Of a stretch of 64,000 nucleotides of DNA, positions 18,547 through 28,741 are shown in pieces (the stretch's first letter is position 1; every line of letters begins with the position of its first letter). This DNA comes from Myxococcota bacterium (GTDB lineage: Bacteria > Myxococcota_A > UBA9160 > JAFDDA01). The translations under genes were made by a program, and so were the position numbers. The notes under the pieces were generated by a model that saw only the letters and a program-made list of their open reading frames with translations, was not told the DNA's origin and did no database searches. The stretch spans positions 4,448,001 through 4,512,000 of the forward strand of contig OZ245817.1 of assembly GCA_965228475.1 (NCBI GenBank). The letters run 5' to 3'.

Positions 18547-19758
18547 GTGAAGATCCGCCGCTACGAGAACCCCTACATGGTCGTGAACGCGGAGCGGCCG
18601 ATGCCCGACGGCACCCGCTGCGAACCGCTCCAGCTCCCGACCCAGGACCGGGCCGTCACCGAAGGCTGGCTCTGGCAGCGCGGCGGAGAGGACACCGTGG
18701 TGTGTCTCATGCACCCGCGGGCGAACTTCGCGCGCCACTACCTCGTGCCGCACCTGGTCGAAGCCGGCTTTGCGGTGCTCTGCCAGAACAGCCGCTGGCT
18801 CGGCAACGATTCGACGCTCGTCCACGAAACCCTGCTGCTCGACGTCGCCGAGGGCGTGCGCGCGGTGCGGGAACGTTTCGACCGCGTCGTACTGTGCGGG
18901 AACTCCGGCGGCGGCTCGCTCTACGCGTTCTACCTCGACCAGGCGGCGGCCGCGTCGGGGGAACGCTTCACCGACACCGCGGCCGGCGAGCCCTTCGACC
19001 TGAACCGCTTCGACCTCCCCGGCGCCGACGCTGTCGTCTTCCTCGCGGCCCACCCGGGCGAGGGCCACTTCCTGCTCCACGCCATCGACCCCTCGGTGAC
19101 GGACGAAGGCGACCTGCTCTCCTGCGACCCGTCCCTCGATCTGTTCGCGCCGGAGAACGGGTTCGTCGAGCCGCCGGGCGAGAGCCGCTATGCGCCGGAG
19201 TTCCTGGAGCGCTACCGCGCCGCGCAGCACGCCCGCGTCGCCCGCATCGACGAACGGGCGCGCGCCTTCGTCGCTCGCCGGCGGGAGGCGCGCGCGAAGT
19301 TCCGCGAAGCGCCCGACGCCGCGAACCGGCGCACCTCCATCGCCACGGACTACTTCGTCGTCCACCGGACCGACGCCGACCCGCGCTGCGTCGACCTGAG
19401 CCTCGACCCCTCCGCTCGCGACTACGGCTCGATCTGGGGCCACCGCCCGGACTGGACGAACTACGGCCCGGTCGGCTTCGGCCGGGTGGTCACGCCGGAC
19501 GCCTGGCTCTCCACCTGGTCCGGCCTCGCCTCCCGGGCGGAGATCGCCCGAACGGGGCCGCGAATCACGCTCCCCGCCCTCGTCGTCGGCTACGCCGGGG
19601 ACAACAGCATCTTCCCCGAGGACCAGGAGCGCATCGTCGCCTCACTCGGTTCGCAGGACGTGCAGCGGGTGGACGTCCCGGGAGACCACTACGGGTTTCC
19701 CCCCAGCGAGGGGCGCGCGGCGGCGGCCGCGGCCGTCGTCGACTGGCTCCGGCGCTAG
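18547..19758 (+). CDS. Alpha/beta-fold hydrolase
   Basis: GNSGGGS nucleophile elbow, C-terminal GDH; start codon uncertain. Confidence 0.8.
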   Translation: MKIRRYENPYMVVNAERPMPDGTRCEPLQLPTQDRAVTEGWLWQRGGEDTVVCLMHPRANFARHYLVPHLVEAGFAVLCQNSRWLGNDSTLVHETLLLDVAEGVRAVRERFDRVVLCGNSGGGSLYAFYLDQAAAASGERFTDTAAGEPFDLNRFDLPGADAVVFLAAHPGEGHFLLHAIDPSVTDEGDLLSCDPSLDLFAPENGFVEPPGESRYAPEFLERYRAAQHARVARIDERARAFVARRREARAKFREAPDAANRRTSIATDYFVVHRTDADPRCVDLSLDPSARDYGSIWGHRPDWTNYGPVGFGRVVTPDAWLSTWSGLASRAEIARTGPRITLPALVVGYAGDNSIFPEDQERIVASLGSQDVQRVDVPGDHYGFPPSEGRAAAAAAVVDWLRR

Positions 19759-19847
19759 GCACCTCCAGTTTTCAAGCGCTCCGCCCATCGCGCCGAAAGA
19801 GAACTCACCACTGCTGACCCGTTTCGGGCCAGCGCCGAGGACTCTCC

Positions 19848-21395
19848 GTGTCGGCCGCACCGTCCACGACGAAGACCAAGCCCCTTCCGAAGGAGCTCAG
19901 CGAAGCGAAGAACCTGCCCTCGCTCCCCGCGGTGGCGATGGAGGTGCTTCGGCTCTCGCGCAGCGACCGCGCCGAGTTCCAGGACTACGCCCGGATCCTC
20001 ACCAAGGACCCGGCCCTCGCGGCGAAGCTGCTGAAGCTCGCGAACTCTCCGATGTTCGGGCTGCCGCGCCCCGTGACGGCGCTGCAGGAAGCGACGAGCG
20101 TGCTCGGCCTGCGGACAGTGCAGATCATGGCGATCAGCTTCTCGCTCGTCGGCGGCCTGCCGAAGGACGGCGGCTGCAAGTCCTTCCGCCACGACGAGTT
20201 TTGGCGCAGGAGCATCCTGTTCTCCGTCGCCGCGCGCGAACTCGCGATGCAGTGCGATCGCAAGCTCTGCGACGAAGCGTTCCTGTGCGGCGTGCTCTCG
20301 CACATCGGCCAGCTCGTGATGGCCCACGGCATCCCGATGCAGTACGAGCGCGCCCTGCGCCGCTGCGACGGCTGGCCCTCGGCGGAAGACGAGCGGCGCA
20401 CGCTCGGCTTCGATCACCACCAGGTCGCCGATGGGCTGCTCACCCAGTGGAACATTCCCGACGCGATCCGGGTGCCGGTCGCCGCCTGGGGCGACCCGTC
20501 GGCCTGCTCGGACGCCAAGCCCGAAACGAGCCTGCTCTGCCAGGTCCTCGCCGCCGCGGGCGACATCGTCGCCCTCGCCGCGGGCGACGACGGCGGCGCC
20601 GCCCTCGCGAGGCTCCACGGGCGCGCCGACGCCCTCGGCGTCACGCGCCAGCAGCTCGACACCCTGGTGCTCGTCCTCGAGCACCGCGCTCACGACGCCA
20701 TGAGCGTGCTCGAGATGAAGCTCCCGGCCGGGAAGGACCACTACACACTGCTCGCCGAGGCGCGCGAGCAGATGGTCGAACTTTCCCTGGGTGCGGGCGC
20801 CGAGCTGAAGCGTTCGGACCGCCGCATCGGAGCACTCCAGAACCACGTGCGCCGGCTCCAGAAGCAGCTCACACGCGACCCGCTGACCGGCCTCTCGAAC
20901 CGCGAGCACATGGACGACCTGCTCGAGAGCGAGGTCGAGACGCGCCGCAAGGGCAAGGGTGAAGACTGGCTCGGCCTGCTGCGGATCCGCATCGACGGCT
21001 TTCACGATCTCGTGGACAGCCGGGGCAACGCGGTCGGCGAGGAGGTGCTGCGCGTGGTCGCCCAGGCGATCGGCGGCACGAGCCGGGCCTCGGACATGCC
21101 CGCCCGGACCGACGAAGAGGAGTTCGCGGTGATCGCGCCGAACTCCACCGAAGAAGGGCTGCGCGGCTTCGGCGAGCGGCTGCGGAAGTTCGTCGGCGAG
21201 CTCGAGATCCATGCCAAGGGGCGCGTCCTCCGCGCCACCATCAGCGTCGGCGGAGCGCTCTTCGACGGCGCGAAGGGTGACGGCGACACGCGGGAACTGT
21301 TCGCCCTCGCGGGCAGCGAACTCGCCGCGGCACACGAGGCCGGCGGCGACCGCGTCGCCATCGCGAGCACGCCGGTCGGCAAGAGCGAGGGCTAG
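19848..21395 (+). CDS. HDOD domain plus degenerate GGDEF signalling protein
   Basis: LPSLP..DPALAAKLLKLANS HDOD; DPLTGLSNR; A-site reads DEEEF. Confidence 0.88.
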   Translation: MSAAPSTTKTKPLPKELSEAKNLPSLPAVAMEVLRLSRSDRAEFQDYARILTKDPALAAKLLKLANSPMFGLPRPVTALQEATSVLGLRTVQIMAISFSLVGGLPKDGGCKSFRHDEFWRRSILFSVAARELAMQCDRKLCDEAFLCGVLSHIGQLVMAHGIPMQYERALRRCDGWPSAEDERRTLGFDHHQVADGLLTQWNIPDAIRVPVAAWGDPSACSDAKPETSLLCQVLAAAGDIVALAAGDDGGAALARLHGRADALGVTRQQLDTLVLVLEHRAHDAMSVLEMKLPAGKDHYTLLAEAREQMVELSLGAGAELKRSDRRIGALQNHVRRLQKQLTRDPLTGLSNREHMDDLLESEVETRRKGKGEDWLGLLRIRIDGFHDLVDSRGNAVGEEVLRVVAQAIGGTSRASDMPARTDEEEFAVIAPNSTEEGLRGFGERLRKFVGELEIHAKGRVLRATISVGGALFDGAKGDGDTRELFALAGSELAAAHEAGGDRVAIASTPVGKSEG

Positions 21396-21431
21396 CCCCG
21401 GCGCCGGCCGGCCGCGCAGGAACCCGCGCGG

Positions 21432-21953
21432 CTACGCGTTGGCGCGGTGGAAGCGGACGCTTGGGTCGGGCTCGTGCTCGGGGTTCGGGTCCGTGAGCGC
21501 CGCCTCGGCGCGCGCCCGGTCCTCGGCGGTGAACGGTTCCAGGGTCAGGCACCACTCGACGGTCGTCCCGTTCGGATCCTCGGTGTAGATCGACTTGCAG
21601 AAACCGTGCTCGACCTCGACCGTGTCGTGCCCGGTCTCGAGCCAGCGGGCGAGCGCCGCGCCGTACTCGGCCTCGCTCTTCGCCTCGTAGGCGATGTGGT
21701 TCACCCAGGGCGGGAGCCCGCAGCCGCGCGAGAGATCGCTCGACCAGTCCTCGCGCACCTCGGCGTCGTCGTGGATCTCCCAGAAGGCGATCAGGCCGTT
21801 GCCACCCGTCTCGTAGAAGAAGTGCTTGGCCCAGCCGCCGCCCGGGGTCTTGCCGACGACGACCTTCACGAGCTCGAAGCCCATGCTCTCGGTGTAGAAG
21901 CGGTGGTTGGCTTCGGTGTCCCGGCAGGCCATCGCGACGTGGTGGAAACCCAT
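21432..21953 (-). CDS. VOC/glyoxalase family protein
   Basis: FHHVAMAC, VNHIAY, SIYTEDPNGTTVEW. Confidence 0.88.
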   Translation of the reverse strand: MGFHHVAMACRDTEANHRFYTESMGFELVKVVVGKTPGGGWAKHFFYETGGNGLIAFWEIHDDAEVREDWSSDLSRGCGLPPWVNHIAYEAKSEAEYGAALARWLETGHDTVEVEHGFCKSIYTEDPNGTTVEWCLTLEPFTAEDRARAEAALTDPNPEHEPDPSVRFHRANA

Positions 21954-22092
21954 GGCTCGTCCTCCCGCGAAGATCATACCCCGCGGGCCTCCCGGGCTGG
22001 AAGGAAGCCGTGGGCGGGCCCGCCGGCCCGCTCGAGGCCCTGGTGTGGTTCGGGTTCAAGCCCGGGCCGCCCCTCACCGATAGGCAGGGGAG

Positions 22093-22428
22093 ATGCAGGA
22101 ACCCGACGACCGCCAGCACCCGCGCCACCTGGCCAAGCTCACCGTCGAGGTGCGCTCGGAACTGGACGCCATGATCACGGGCAGCATCCAGGACCTCAGC
22201 ATGGCCGGGATCTACGTCCTCTGCAGCCAGCGCCTGCCCGTCGGGACCGGCTGCGAGATCGCCATCGAGGGTGCCGACCCGGAAGGGCCCGAATGGATCC
22301 GGGCCCACGGCCGGGTCGTCCACGTCCAGCTCGACGGCATGGGCATCCAGATCACCGAGCTCGACCTGACGGATCTCGAAGAGCTCCGGCGCCTCGTCGA
22401 GGCCCGCCAGGCCAACGCCACCGAATAG
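22093..22428 (+). CDS. PilZ domain protein
   Basis: RQHPR (RxxxR) and DLSMAG (DxSxxG); GMGIQ. Confidence 0.85.
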   Translation: MQEPDDRQHPRHLAKLTVEVRSELDAMITGSIQDLSMAGIYVLCSQRLPVGTGCEIAIEGADPEGPEWIRAHGRVVHVQLDGMGIQITELDLTDLEELRRLVEARQANATE

Positions 22429-22580
22429 CCGGCGAGAAACAGCCGGCGAAGCCTGCCCCTGCGGCGACCGGCCTTTCCTGGCTCGGCCCGGCCGATTCCC
22501 CGCCTCTGACAACCTTCCTGCCCGCGACGGGTTCCAAGGGCCGTGTGCTCCCGGCTATCGTCCGGGTCGAAGGAGCCCCC

Positions 22581-23366
22581 GTGAAGCCGACCCCCCTCCG
22601 CGGCGTCCTCAGCCTCTGCGTGCTGTGGGCCGCCGTGGCCGCCGCCCCCGCCGCTCGCGCCGAGCGCGTCGAGTTCGCCACCGAGGATGGCTTCACGCTC
22701 GTCGGCGATCTGCGGGCGGGCAAGCCCGACGCGCCCGCCATCATCCTGCTCCACATGTACAAGTCCGACCGCAAGGCCTGGGCACCGCTCGTCCCGAAGC
22801 TGCGCGCGGCGGGGTACACGGTGCTGGCGATCGACCAGCGAGCCCACGGCGAGTCCGTCGTGCGCGGCGAGAGCACCCTGCGGGTGGAGGAGCTTCCGCG
22901 CGGGAGCTTCGGCGACTTCGTCCGCGCCGGACCGAGCGACGTGGCGGCCGCGAGGCTGCTCCTGGCAAAACGCGGTCTCGGCAAGGGCAAGCTCGCCCTC
23001 GTCGGCGCGTCCTACGGGTGCAGCGTCGCGCTGCTGTCCTCGACGTCCCAGGACGGCATCCACGCCCTCGTCCTGCTCTCACCGGGGACGGCCTACTTCG
23101 GCGTCGAGGTCACGGAGCCCGCGGCGGCCTTCCCAGGGCCGATCTTCGGCGTCGCGGCGGAGGACGACCCGGGCAGCGCCCGCGCCACGCGCAGCTTGCT
23201 CGAGGCCCACGCCGAGGCGCAGGCCGCGAGCCCGGCCGAAGGCGGCGCACCGATGGACGACCTCCTGATCTTCCCGACGGGCGGGCACGGGACGCGGCTC
23301 TTCGGTCCGCGCCCCGAAGTCGCGAAGCGCATCGTCGATTTCCTCGGCGACGCTCTGGCACCCTGA
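22581..23366 (+). CDS. Secreted alpha/beta hydrolase
   Basis: GTG start after AGGAG; signal peptide; DQRAHGES, GASYG, GGHG. Confidence 0.8.
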   Translation: MKPTPLRGVLSLCVLWAAVAAAPAARAERVEFATEDGFTLVGDLRAGKPDAPAIILLHMYKSDRKAWAPLVPKLRAAGYTVLAIDQRAHGESVVRGESTLRVEELPRGSFGDFVRAGPSDVAAARLLLAKRGLGKGKLALVGASYGCSVALLSSTSQDGIHALVLLSPGTAYFGVEVTEPAAAFPGPIFGVAAEDDPGSARATRSLLEAHAEAQAASPAEGGAPMDDLLIFPTGGHGTRLFGPRPEVAKRIVDFLGDALAP

Positions 23367-23404
23367 GTTAATCTCGGGGCTTCCTTCCTCGTCGGGAGAC
23401 CCCC

Positions 23405-23938
23405 ATGAACGGCATCGATCCCTACGTCCTTCCGGGTGTGGCCGCGGCCATCGCACTTCTCGTCGGCATCCTCATCGGACGCGCCGGCCGCCCGGCCCGC
23501 AAGCGCTGGCTCGCGCTCGAAGCCGAACTCGCGGAGCGCAACGATCGCATCGAATCGTTGTCGGTCGCGCGAGCGGAACTCGAAGCGCACCGCGAGGAGC
23601 TCGGCGTGCGGCTGATCGCCGCCGAACGCGAAGCCGAGCAGCGGCGCGAGCAGCTCACGGACTACCAGAAGCAGGTCGTCGGCCACTTCAACGAGACCTC
23701 GGACCTGCTGAAGGGGATGACGCTCCAGTACCGGAACATCTACCAGCACCTCTCCGCGGGGGCCGAGGCCCTCTGCCCGGAGGGAACGCCGCGGCTCGAG
23801 CGCGACACGCCGATCGACGGGCTCCTCGGCACCGCTCCGGAGGAGACCGAGCCGGGCTCCCCCGAGGAGGACGCCGAGTCCTCCGAGGCGGTGCACCGGG
23901 ACGCCCCCCTGCAGGTGGATCCGCGCCCGGAAGCGTAA
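23405..23938 (+). CDS. YhcB/ZapG (DUF1043)-like membrane-anchored coiled-coil protein
   Basis: N-terminal TM helix, coiled coil, YQKQVVGHFNETSDLL..YRNIYQHL motif. Confidence 0.75.
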   Translation: MNGIDPYVLPGVAAAIALLVGILIGRAGRPARKRWLALEAELAERNDRIESLSVARAELEAHREELGVRLIAAEREAEQRREQLTDYQKQVVGHFNETSDLLKGMTLQYRNIYQHLSAGAEALCPEGTPRLERDTPIDGLLGTAPEETEPGSPEEDAESSEAVHRDAPLQVDPRPEA

Positions 23939-24008
23939 TGCTTTCGATGAGTTGGCGGCGTGCTAGCCTCCGTTGACTCGCGAATCAAGCGCACCACAGG
24001 AGAAAGCA

Positions 24009-25199
24009 ATGGGACGCAAGGTCTACGTCGTCGGCGTGGGAATGACGAAGTTCGAGAAGCCCGGATCCAAGGACTGGGACTACCCGGACATGGCGAAGGA
24101 AGCGGGCACCCGCGCCCTCGAGGACGCCGGCGTCCCTTACGACCAGATCGAGCAGGCGGCCGTCGGCTACTGCTACGGCGACTCCACCTGCGGTGAGCGC
24201 GCGGTCTACACGCTCGGCCTGACCGGCATCCCCATCTACAACGTGAACAACAACTGCTCGACGGGCTCGACGGCGCTGTTCATGGCGAAGCAGTTCATCG
24301 AGGGCGGCCTGGCCGATTGCACCCTGGCCCTCGGCTTCGAAAAGATGGAAAAGGGCTCCCTCGGCATCAAGTACACCGACCGCACCAACCCGATGGACAA
24401 GCACGCGCAGGCCATGATCGAGAAGCGCGGCTTCGCCAAGGCTCCGGCGGCCGCACAGTTCTTCGGCAACGCCGGCCGCGAGCACATGGAGAAGTACGGC
24501 ACCACGGCCGAGCACTTCGCCAAGATCGGCTGGAAGAACCACAAGCACTCGGTGAACAACCCGTACTCCCAGTTCCAGGACGAGTACAGCCTCGAAGACA
24601 TCAAGAACGCGCCGATGGTCTACGACCCGCTGACGAAGCTCCAGTGCTGCCCGACGAGCGACGGCGCCGGCGCCGCGGTGCTCGCAAGCGAGGACTTCGT
24701 GAAGAAGCACGGGCTCGAGGCCAAGGCCGTCGAGATCATCGGCATGTCCATGACGACCGACTACGCGAGCAGCTTCGAGAAGAGCGACATCAAGCTCGTC
24801 GGCTCGGACATGACGAAGAACGCGGCGCAGAAGGTCTACGAGCAGAGCGGCTACGGCGCCGAGAACGTCGACGTCGTCGAGCTGCACGATTGCTTCGCCG
24901 CGAACGAGCTCATCACCTACGAGGCGCTCGGCCTGTGCGGTGAAGGCAAGGCCGGCGAGTTCGTGGACTCGGGCGCCCAGACCTACGGCGGCAAGGTCGT
25001 CGTGAACCCGTCGGGCGGCCTGATCTCGAAGGGCCACCCGCTCGGCGCCACGGGCCTCGCCCAGTGCGCCGAACTGAACTGGCAGCTCCGCGGCGAGGCC
25101 GACGCGCGCCAGGTCGACGGCGCGAAGATCGCCCTCCAGCACAACCTCGGCCTCGGCGGCGCGGCCGTGGTGACGATGTACAAGAAGGCCAGCCTCTAG
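24009..25199 (+). CDS. SCP-x type thiolase (lipid-transfer protein family)
   Basis: [43 protein letters not shown]. Confidence 0.92.
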   Translation: MGRKVYVVGVGMTKFEKPGSKDWDYPDMAKEAGTRALEDAGVPYDQIEQAAVGYCYGDSTCGERAVYTLGLTGIPIYNVNNNCSTGSTALFMAKQFIEGGLADCTLALGFEKMEKGSLGIKYTDRTNPMDKHAQAMIEKRGFAKAPAAAQFFGNAGREHMEKYGTTAEHFAKIGWKNHKHSVNNPYSQFQDEYSLEDIKNAPMVYDPLTKLQCCPTSDGAGAAVLASEDFVKKHGLEAKAVEIIGMSMTTDYASSFEKSDIKLVGSDMTKNAAQKVYEQSGYGAENVDVVELHDCFAANELITYEALGLCGEGKAGEFVDSGAQTYGGKVVVNPSGGLISKGHPLGATGLAQCAELNWQLRGEADARQVDGAKIALQHNLGLGGAAVVTMYKKASL

Positions 25200-25268
25200 G
25201 ACTGACCAGGGGGACGTTCCTGCCTAGCTGCCGAGGGCAGCTAGGCAGGAACGTCCCCCTGGTCAGTC
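25200..25268. repeat. Perfect 33-bp inverted repeat with 3-nt loop (REP/REPIN-like palindrome)
   Basis: GACTGACCAGGGGGACGTTCCTGCCTAGCTGCC-GAG-exact reverse complement, filling the gap between convergent stops. Confidence 0.9.
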
Positions 25269-25269
25269 T

Positions 25270-25908
25270 TCAGTACTGGACGATCGGTGCCTTGTGGCGC
25301 CAGGTGTCGCCTTCGAGCATGCCGAGCATGGCGTGGGCGCAATCGGCGAAGTGGATCTTCGAGAAGCCGCTGAAGGCGTCGAAGCCGAGGCGGTAGCGGC
25401 CGGTTCGCGGCCCCTGCCGCATCTGGAGCGGGCGGACCCCGTACCAGGCGACGTCGCGGGCGGCCTCGAGCAGCTCGAGCTGGTGCTGCTTGTCCCGCGC
25501 CCGAAGGCCGAGGAACGTCGAAGAGAACCACACGACGAAGCGGGCGCCGAAGGTCACGGTGTCGTCGGGGACGAGCGTGCCGCCACCCCCACACCAGATG
25601 AAGCGGCCCGCGCCGTTCGAACGCAGCGCCGCCAGAACGTGCCGTGTGGCGTCGGTGCAGAGGTCTTCCGGCGAGCGTCGGTCGACGCCGAGGGCGAAGA
25701 GGACCCCGTCGGTCCCGGCGGGAATCGCCCGCGCGACGGTATCGGCATCGAGGGCGTCTCCGGTCACCACCGTCACCCGCGGCTTCGACTCCGCCGGGAG
25801 CTTCTCGGGCGAGCGCACCAGAACGGTGACTTCGTGGCCCGCTTCGATGGATTGGCGGAGGCACTCGCTCCCGAGCGCCCCCGTCGCACCGAGGATCGTG
25901 ACCTTCAC
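25270..25908 (-). CDS. NAD(P)-binding atypical SDR (flavin reductase/BVR-B-like)
   Basis: ILGATGALG, GHEVTVLVRSPEKL, VRP, KIHFADCA. Confidence 0.85.
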   Translation of the reverse strand: MKVTILGATGALGSECLRQSIEAGHEVTVLVRSPEKLPAESKPRVTVVTGDALDADTVARAIPAGTDGVLFALGVDRRSPEDLCTDATRHVLAALRSNGAGRFIWCGGGGTLVPDDTVTFGARFVVWFSSTFLGLRARDKQHQLELLEAARDVAWYGVRPLQMRQGPRTGRYRLGFDAFSGFSKIHFADCAHAMLGMLEGDTWRHKAPIVQY

Positions 25909-26414
25909 CCGAGGAGCGCCTCGTAGGAAGTGGCGATGAGCGCCTCGGCATCCACGCCGAGCTCTTTCATCAGCCAGGCGACCTTGCGCTCCTCGTCGGG
26001 GACCGAGGCCGGGCTCCCGTCGAAGACCGCTTCGAGCTCCATGAAGGTCCCGAGCGTCTCGACTTCGTCGAGGTGGATGCGGACGTTCTCGAAGAGCCAG
26101 ATCTCGCGGCGCTTCGCGACGATCCGGTGGACGCCGAGCATCTCGCCGAGCAGCGCCTTCAGGCCCGCGGGGTCCGGGACGGGAATCACCTGGTAGTCCG
26201 CGCGGCGCGGCCCGTCTTCGTCCGGGCGCTGGTACGGGATGAGCTGGGCGCCCGAGAGGCTCGATTCGCGCAGCTTCAAGCGGCCCGAGGGGACGCGGAA
26301 GTAGGTATCGACCTGATCGTCCACGCCGACGGTCTCGGTGGCGAGCCTGGCGGCTCTTTCGCGAAACGCCGCGGCGTCGGCGACGGGCGCCTTGATCTCG
26401 AGGTTCGCGCTCAC
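25905..26414 (-). CDS. CYTH domain protein (class IV adenylate cyclase-like)
   Basis: NLEIKA, QVDTYF, RLKLRE, RIHLDEV..LGTFMELE, SY. Confidence 0.9.
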   Translation of the reverse strand: MSANLEIKAPVADAAAFRERAARLATETVGVDDQVDTYFRVPSGRLKLRESSLSGAQLIPYQRPDEDGPRRADYQVIPVPDPAGLKALLGEMLGVHRIVAKRREIWLFENVRIHLDEVETLGTFMELEAVFDGSPASVPDEERKVAWLMKELGVDAEALIATSYEALLG

Positions 26415-26440
26415 GCCGCGCACCGTAGCGAAGCACCGCC

Positions 26441-28093
26441 GTGATAGGCTGCCGAGCCGTGCCCCGGTCGTGCATCGCCCTCGCCCTCCTCTGCTCGATC
26501 CTCGCGGCTCGCGCCGCGGCCGAACCCGATCCGCGTTGGAACGTGCTGCTGCTCGTCGCGGAGGATCTCGGCCCCCGGATCGGCGCCTACGGCGATGCGC
26601 TGGCGCACACCCCGACGATCGACCGCCTGGCCGAGCGCGGAACGCGCTTCAGCCGCGCCTTCACGACGTCCGGAGTCTGCGCACCGAGCCGCGCGGCGAT
26701 CGTGATGGGCGTGCATCAGAACCACTTCGGTGCGGGCCACATGCGCGCTGCCGCCGGGGGCTACGTCGCCGCCCCGCCCGGGGAGTGGAAGGCTTTTCCG
26801 GAACTACTGCGCGCCGCCGGATACCACGTCGTGAACAACGGCAAGACCGACTACCAGATGAGCACGCGGCTCGGTGGCGTCTACGGGGGCCCGGAGAGCA
26901 TCTGGGACGACGAGAACACCGAAGACTGGCGCGAGCGGCGCGACGGCCAGCCCTTCTTCGCCTATCTCACCTACCTCGGCACCCACGAGAGCCAGGTGTG
27001 GCCGACCTGGGACTTCACGAGCCTCCCGAAGCTCCTGATGGGCTTCCTGCGCGTTCCGAACCACCTGCGCTGGCCGCGCGAGACGGACCCGGCGCGCGTC
27101 GCCGTGCCGCCCTACTACCCGGACACGCCGACCGTCCGTGCGGACCTCGCCCGCCACTACAACAACGTCGCCGGTCTCGACGCTTGGGTGGCGGACGTGC
27201 TGCGCAAGCTCCGCGACGACGGCCTCGCCGACCGGACGGTCGTGATCTTCACCAGCGACCACGGCGACGGCCTGCCGCGCGCGAAACGCTGGCTCTACGA
27301 CTCGGGGATCCACGTTCCGTTGATCGTGGTCTGGCCCGGCGTCACCTCGGCCGGCTCGGTGAACGCCGAGCTCGTGAGCGGCGTCGACCTCGCACCGACG
27401 ATCCTCTCGGCCGCGGGGCTCCCGATTCCCGAGCACATGGAGGGCCGCGTCTTCCTCGGACCGGAGGCGGCGCCCGAGCCCCCCTACGTCTTCGCGGCGC
27501 GCGACCGCATCGACGAGAGCCCGGACCGCGTCCGCGCCGTGCGGGACCGCCGCTTCAAGTACGTGCGGCACCTCCTGCCCGACCAGCCCTACGTCCTCCC
27601 CTCGGACTTCCGGAACCAGATGCCGATGATGCGGGAGCTCCTCGCCCTCGATGAAGCGGGAGCCCTCGAGGGCGCCCCGGCCCTCTGGCTGCGCGATCGG
27701 CGCGATGCGGAGGAGCTCTTCGACACCGAGGCCGACCCCCACGAGATCCGGAACCTGGCCGGTGATCCGGCCTACGCCGCAACCCTCGACCGGCTGCGCA
27801 CCGCGCTCGACGCGTGGCTCGCCTCGGGGCGTGACCTGGGACTCCTCCCGGAAGCCGAGATCGCCGAGCGCTTCTGGCCGGGAGGGGAACAGCCCGAGAC
27901 GCCGCCGCCGCGTTTCGAGCGCCGCGGAGACGGCTGGCACCTGTCGAGTGCGACCGAAGGCGCATCCCTGCTGTGGCGGACGAAGTCGGAGAAACGCTGG
28001 ACGCCCTACGTCGCCCCCGTCGCGGCCGAGGCCATCGAGGCGCGTGCCGTGCGCTACGGCTGGGCGGCGAGCCGCGTGGTCTCGGCGCCCTAG
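26441..28093 (+). CDS. Secreted sulfatase
   Basis: Signal peptide; CAPSRA formylglycine motif; SDHG; ELFDTEADPHE. Confidence 0.92.
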   Translation: MIGCRAVPRSCIALALLCSILAARAAAEPDPRWNVLLLVAEDLGPRIGAYGDALAHTPTIDRLAERGTRFSRAFTTSGVCAPSRAAIVMGVHQNHFGAGHMRAAAGGYVAAPPGEWKAFPELLRAAGYHVVNNGKTDYQMSTRLGGVYGGPESIWDDENTEDWRERRDGQPFFAYLTYLGTHESQVWPTWDFTSLPKLLMGFLRVPNHLRWPRETDPARVAVPPYYPDTPTVRADLARHYNNVAGLDAWVADVLRKLRDDGLADRTVVIFTSDHGDGLPRAKRWLYDSGIHVPLIVVWPGVTSAGSVNAELVSGVDLAPTILSAAGLPIPEHMEGRVFLGPEAAPEPPYVFAARDRIDESPDRVRAVRDRRFKYVRHLLPDQPYVLPSDFRNQMPMMRELLALDEAGALEGAPALWLRDRRDAEELFDTEADPHEIRNLAGDPAYAATLDRLRTALDAWLASGRDLGLLPEAEIAERFWPGGEQPETPPPRFERRGDGWHLSSATEGASLLWRTKSEKRWTPYVAPVAAEAIEARAVRYGWAASRVVSAP

Positions 28094-28695
28094 GCGCCCT
28101 GGACCTCCGGCTGGTGCACCAGATCCACCAGCCGCTCGATGCGGCGGTCGCCGTCGATGCCGAGGCCGATGAAGTGGATGCCAGCGGCCGCGGCGGCTTC
28201 GCGGTCGAAGCGAGAGTCGCCGACCATCCAGGCGTCCGCCGTCGCGACGCCGAGCTTTTCGCAGGCGAGGAGCAGCATGTCGGGCTCGGGCTTCTCGGCG
28301 GCGTCGCTCGCGCCGATGATCAGATCGGGCTCGAGCCCCGCGCCGCGGATCGTCTCGCGGGCGAGCGCACTCGCCGTGTTGGTCACGACGGCGTGGGCGA
28401 TCCCGCGGGTCGCGAGCGCATTGAAGACGGGGGTCGCCTCCGGGCTCACGAGCACGTGCCGGGCATGGTCGAGGAAGTGCGCGTCGAAGTAGGCCTCGAG
28501 CTCCGCCGGCGGCATGCCCCCGAAGAACTGCTCCGCATCCGCTTCGACGCCCTGGCCGAACGAGGCATCGTAGACGTCGCGCGGGAGGGGCGGATGGCCG
28601 AACTCCCGCGCCGCCGCGCACAGGACGTGGTACCAGGCGTCCCGGCTGTCGATCAGCACGCCGTCGAGATCGAAGAGAACTGCCGCGAGAGCCAT
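28090..28695 (-). CDS. HAD-superfamily hydrolase (phosphoglycolate phosphatase-like)
   Basis: FDLDGVLIDS, VVTN, KPEP, VGDSRFD. Confidence 0.9.
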   Translation of the reverse strand: MALAAVLFDLDGVLIDSRDAWYHVLCAAAREFGHPPLPRDVYDASFGQGVEADAEQFFGGMPPAELEAYFDAHFLDHARHVLVSPEATPVFNALATRGIAHAVVTNTASALARETIRGAGLEPDLIIGASDAAEKPEPDMLLLACEKLGVATADAWMVGDSRFDREAAAAAGIHFIGLGIDGDRRIERLVDLVHQPEVQGA

Positions 28696-28741
28696 CGCAT
28701 AGATATAGAATGGGCCGCCCACGTGGGCCAGGGGGGTACGC

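Noticed and set aside
24009..25199. SCP-x thiolase as a member of the KstR regulon
   Set aside because: No KstR-type box seen upstream; the family is widespread in general lipid metabolism
12862..28093. Convergent genes sharing a CTAG stop overlap (12862-12865, 28090-28093)
   Set aside because: Explained by TAG stop preference and compact packing
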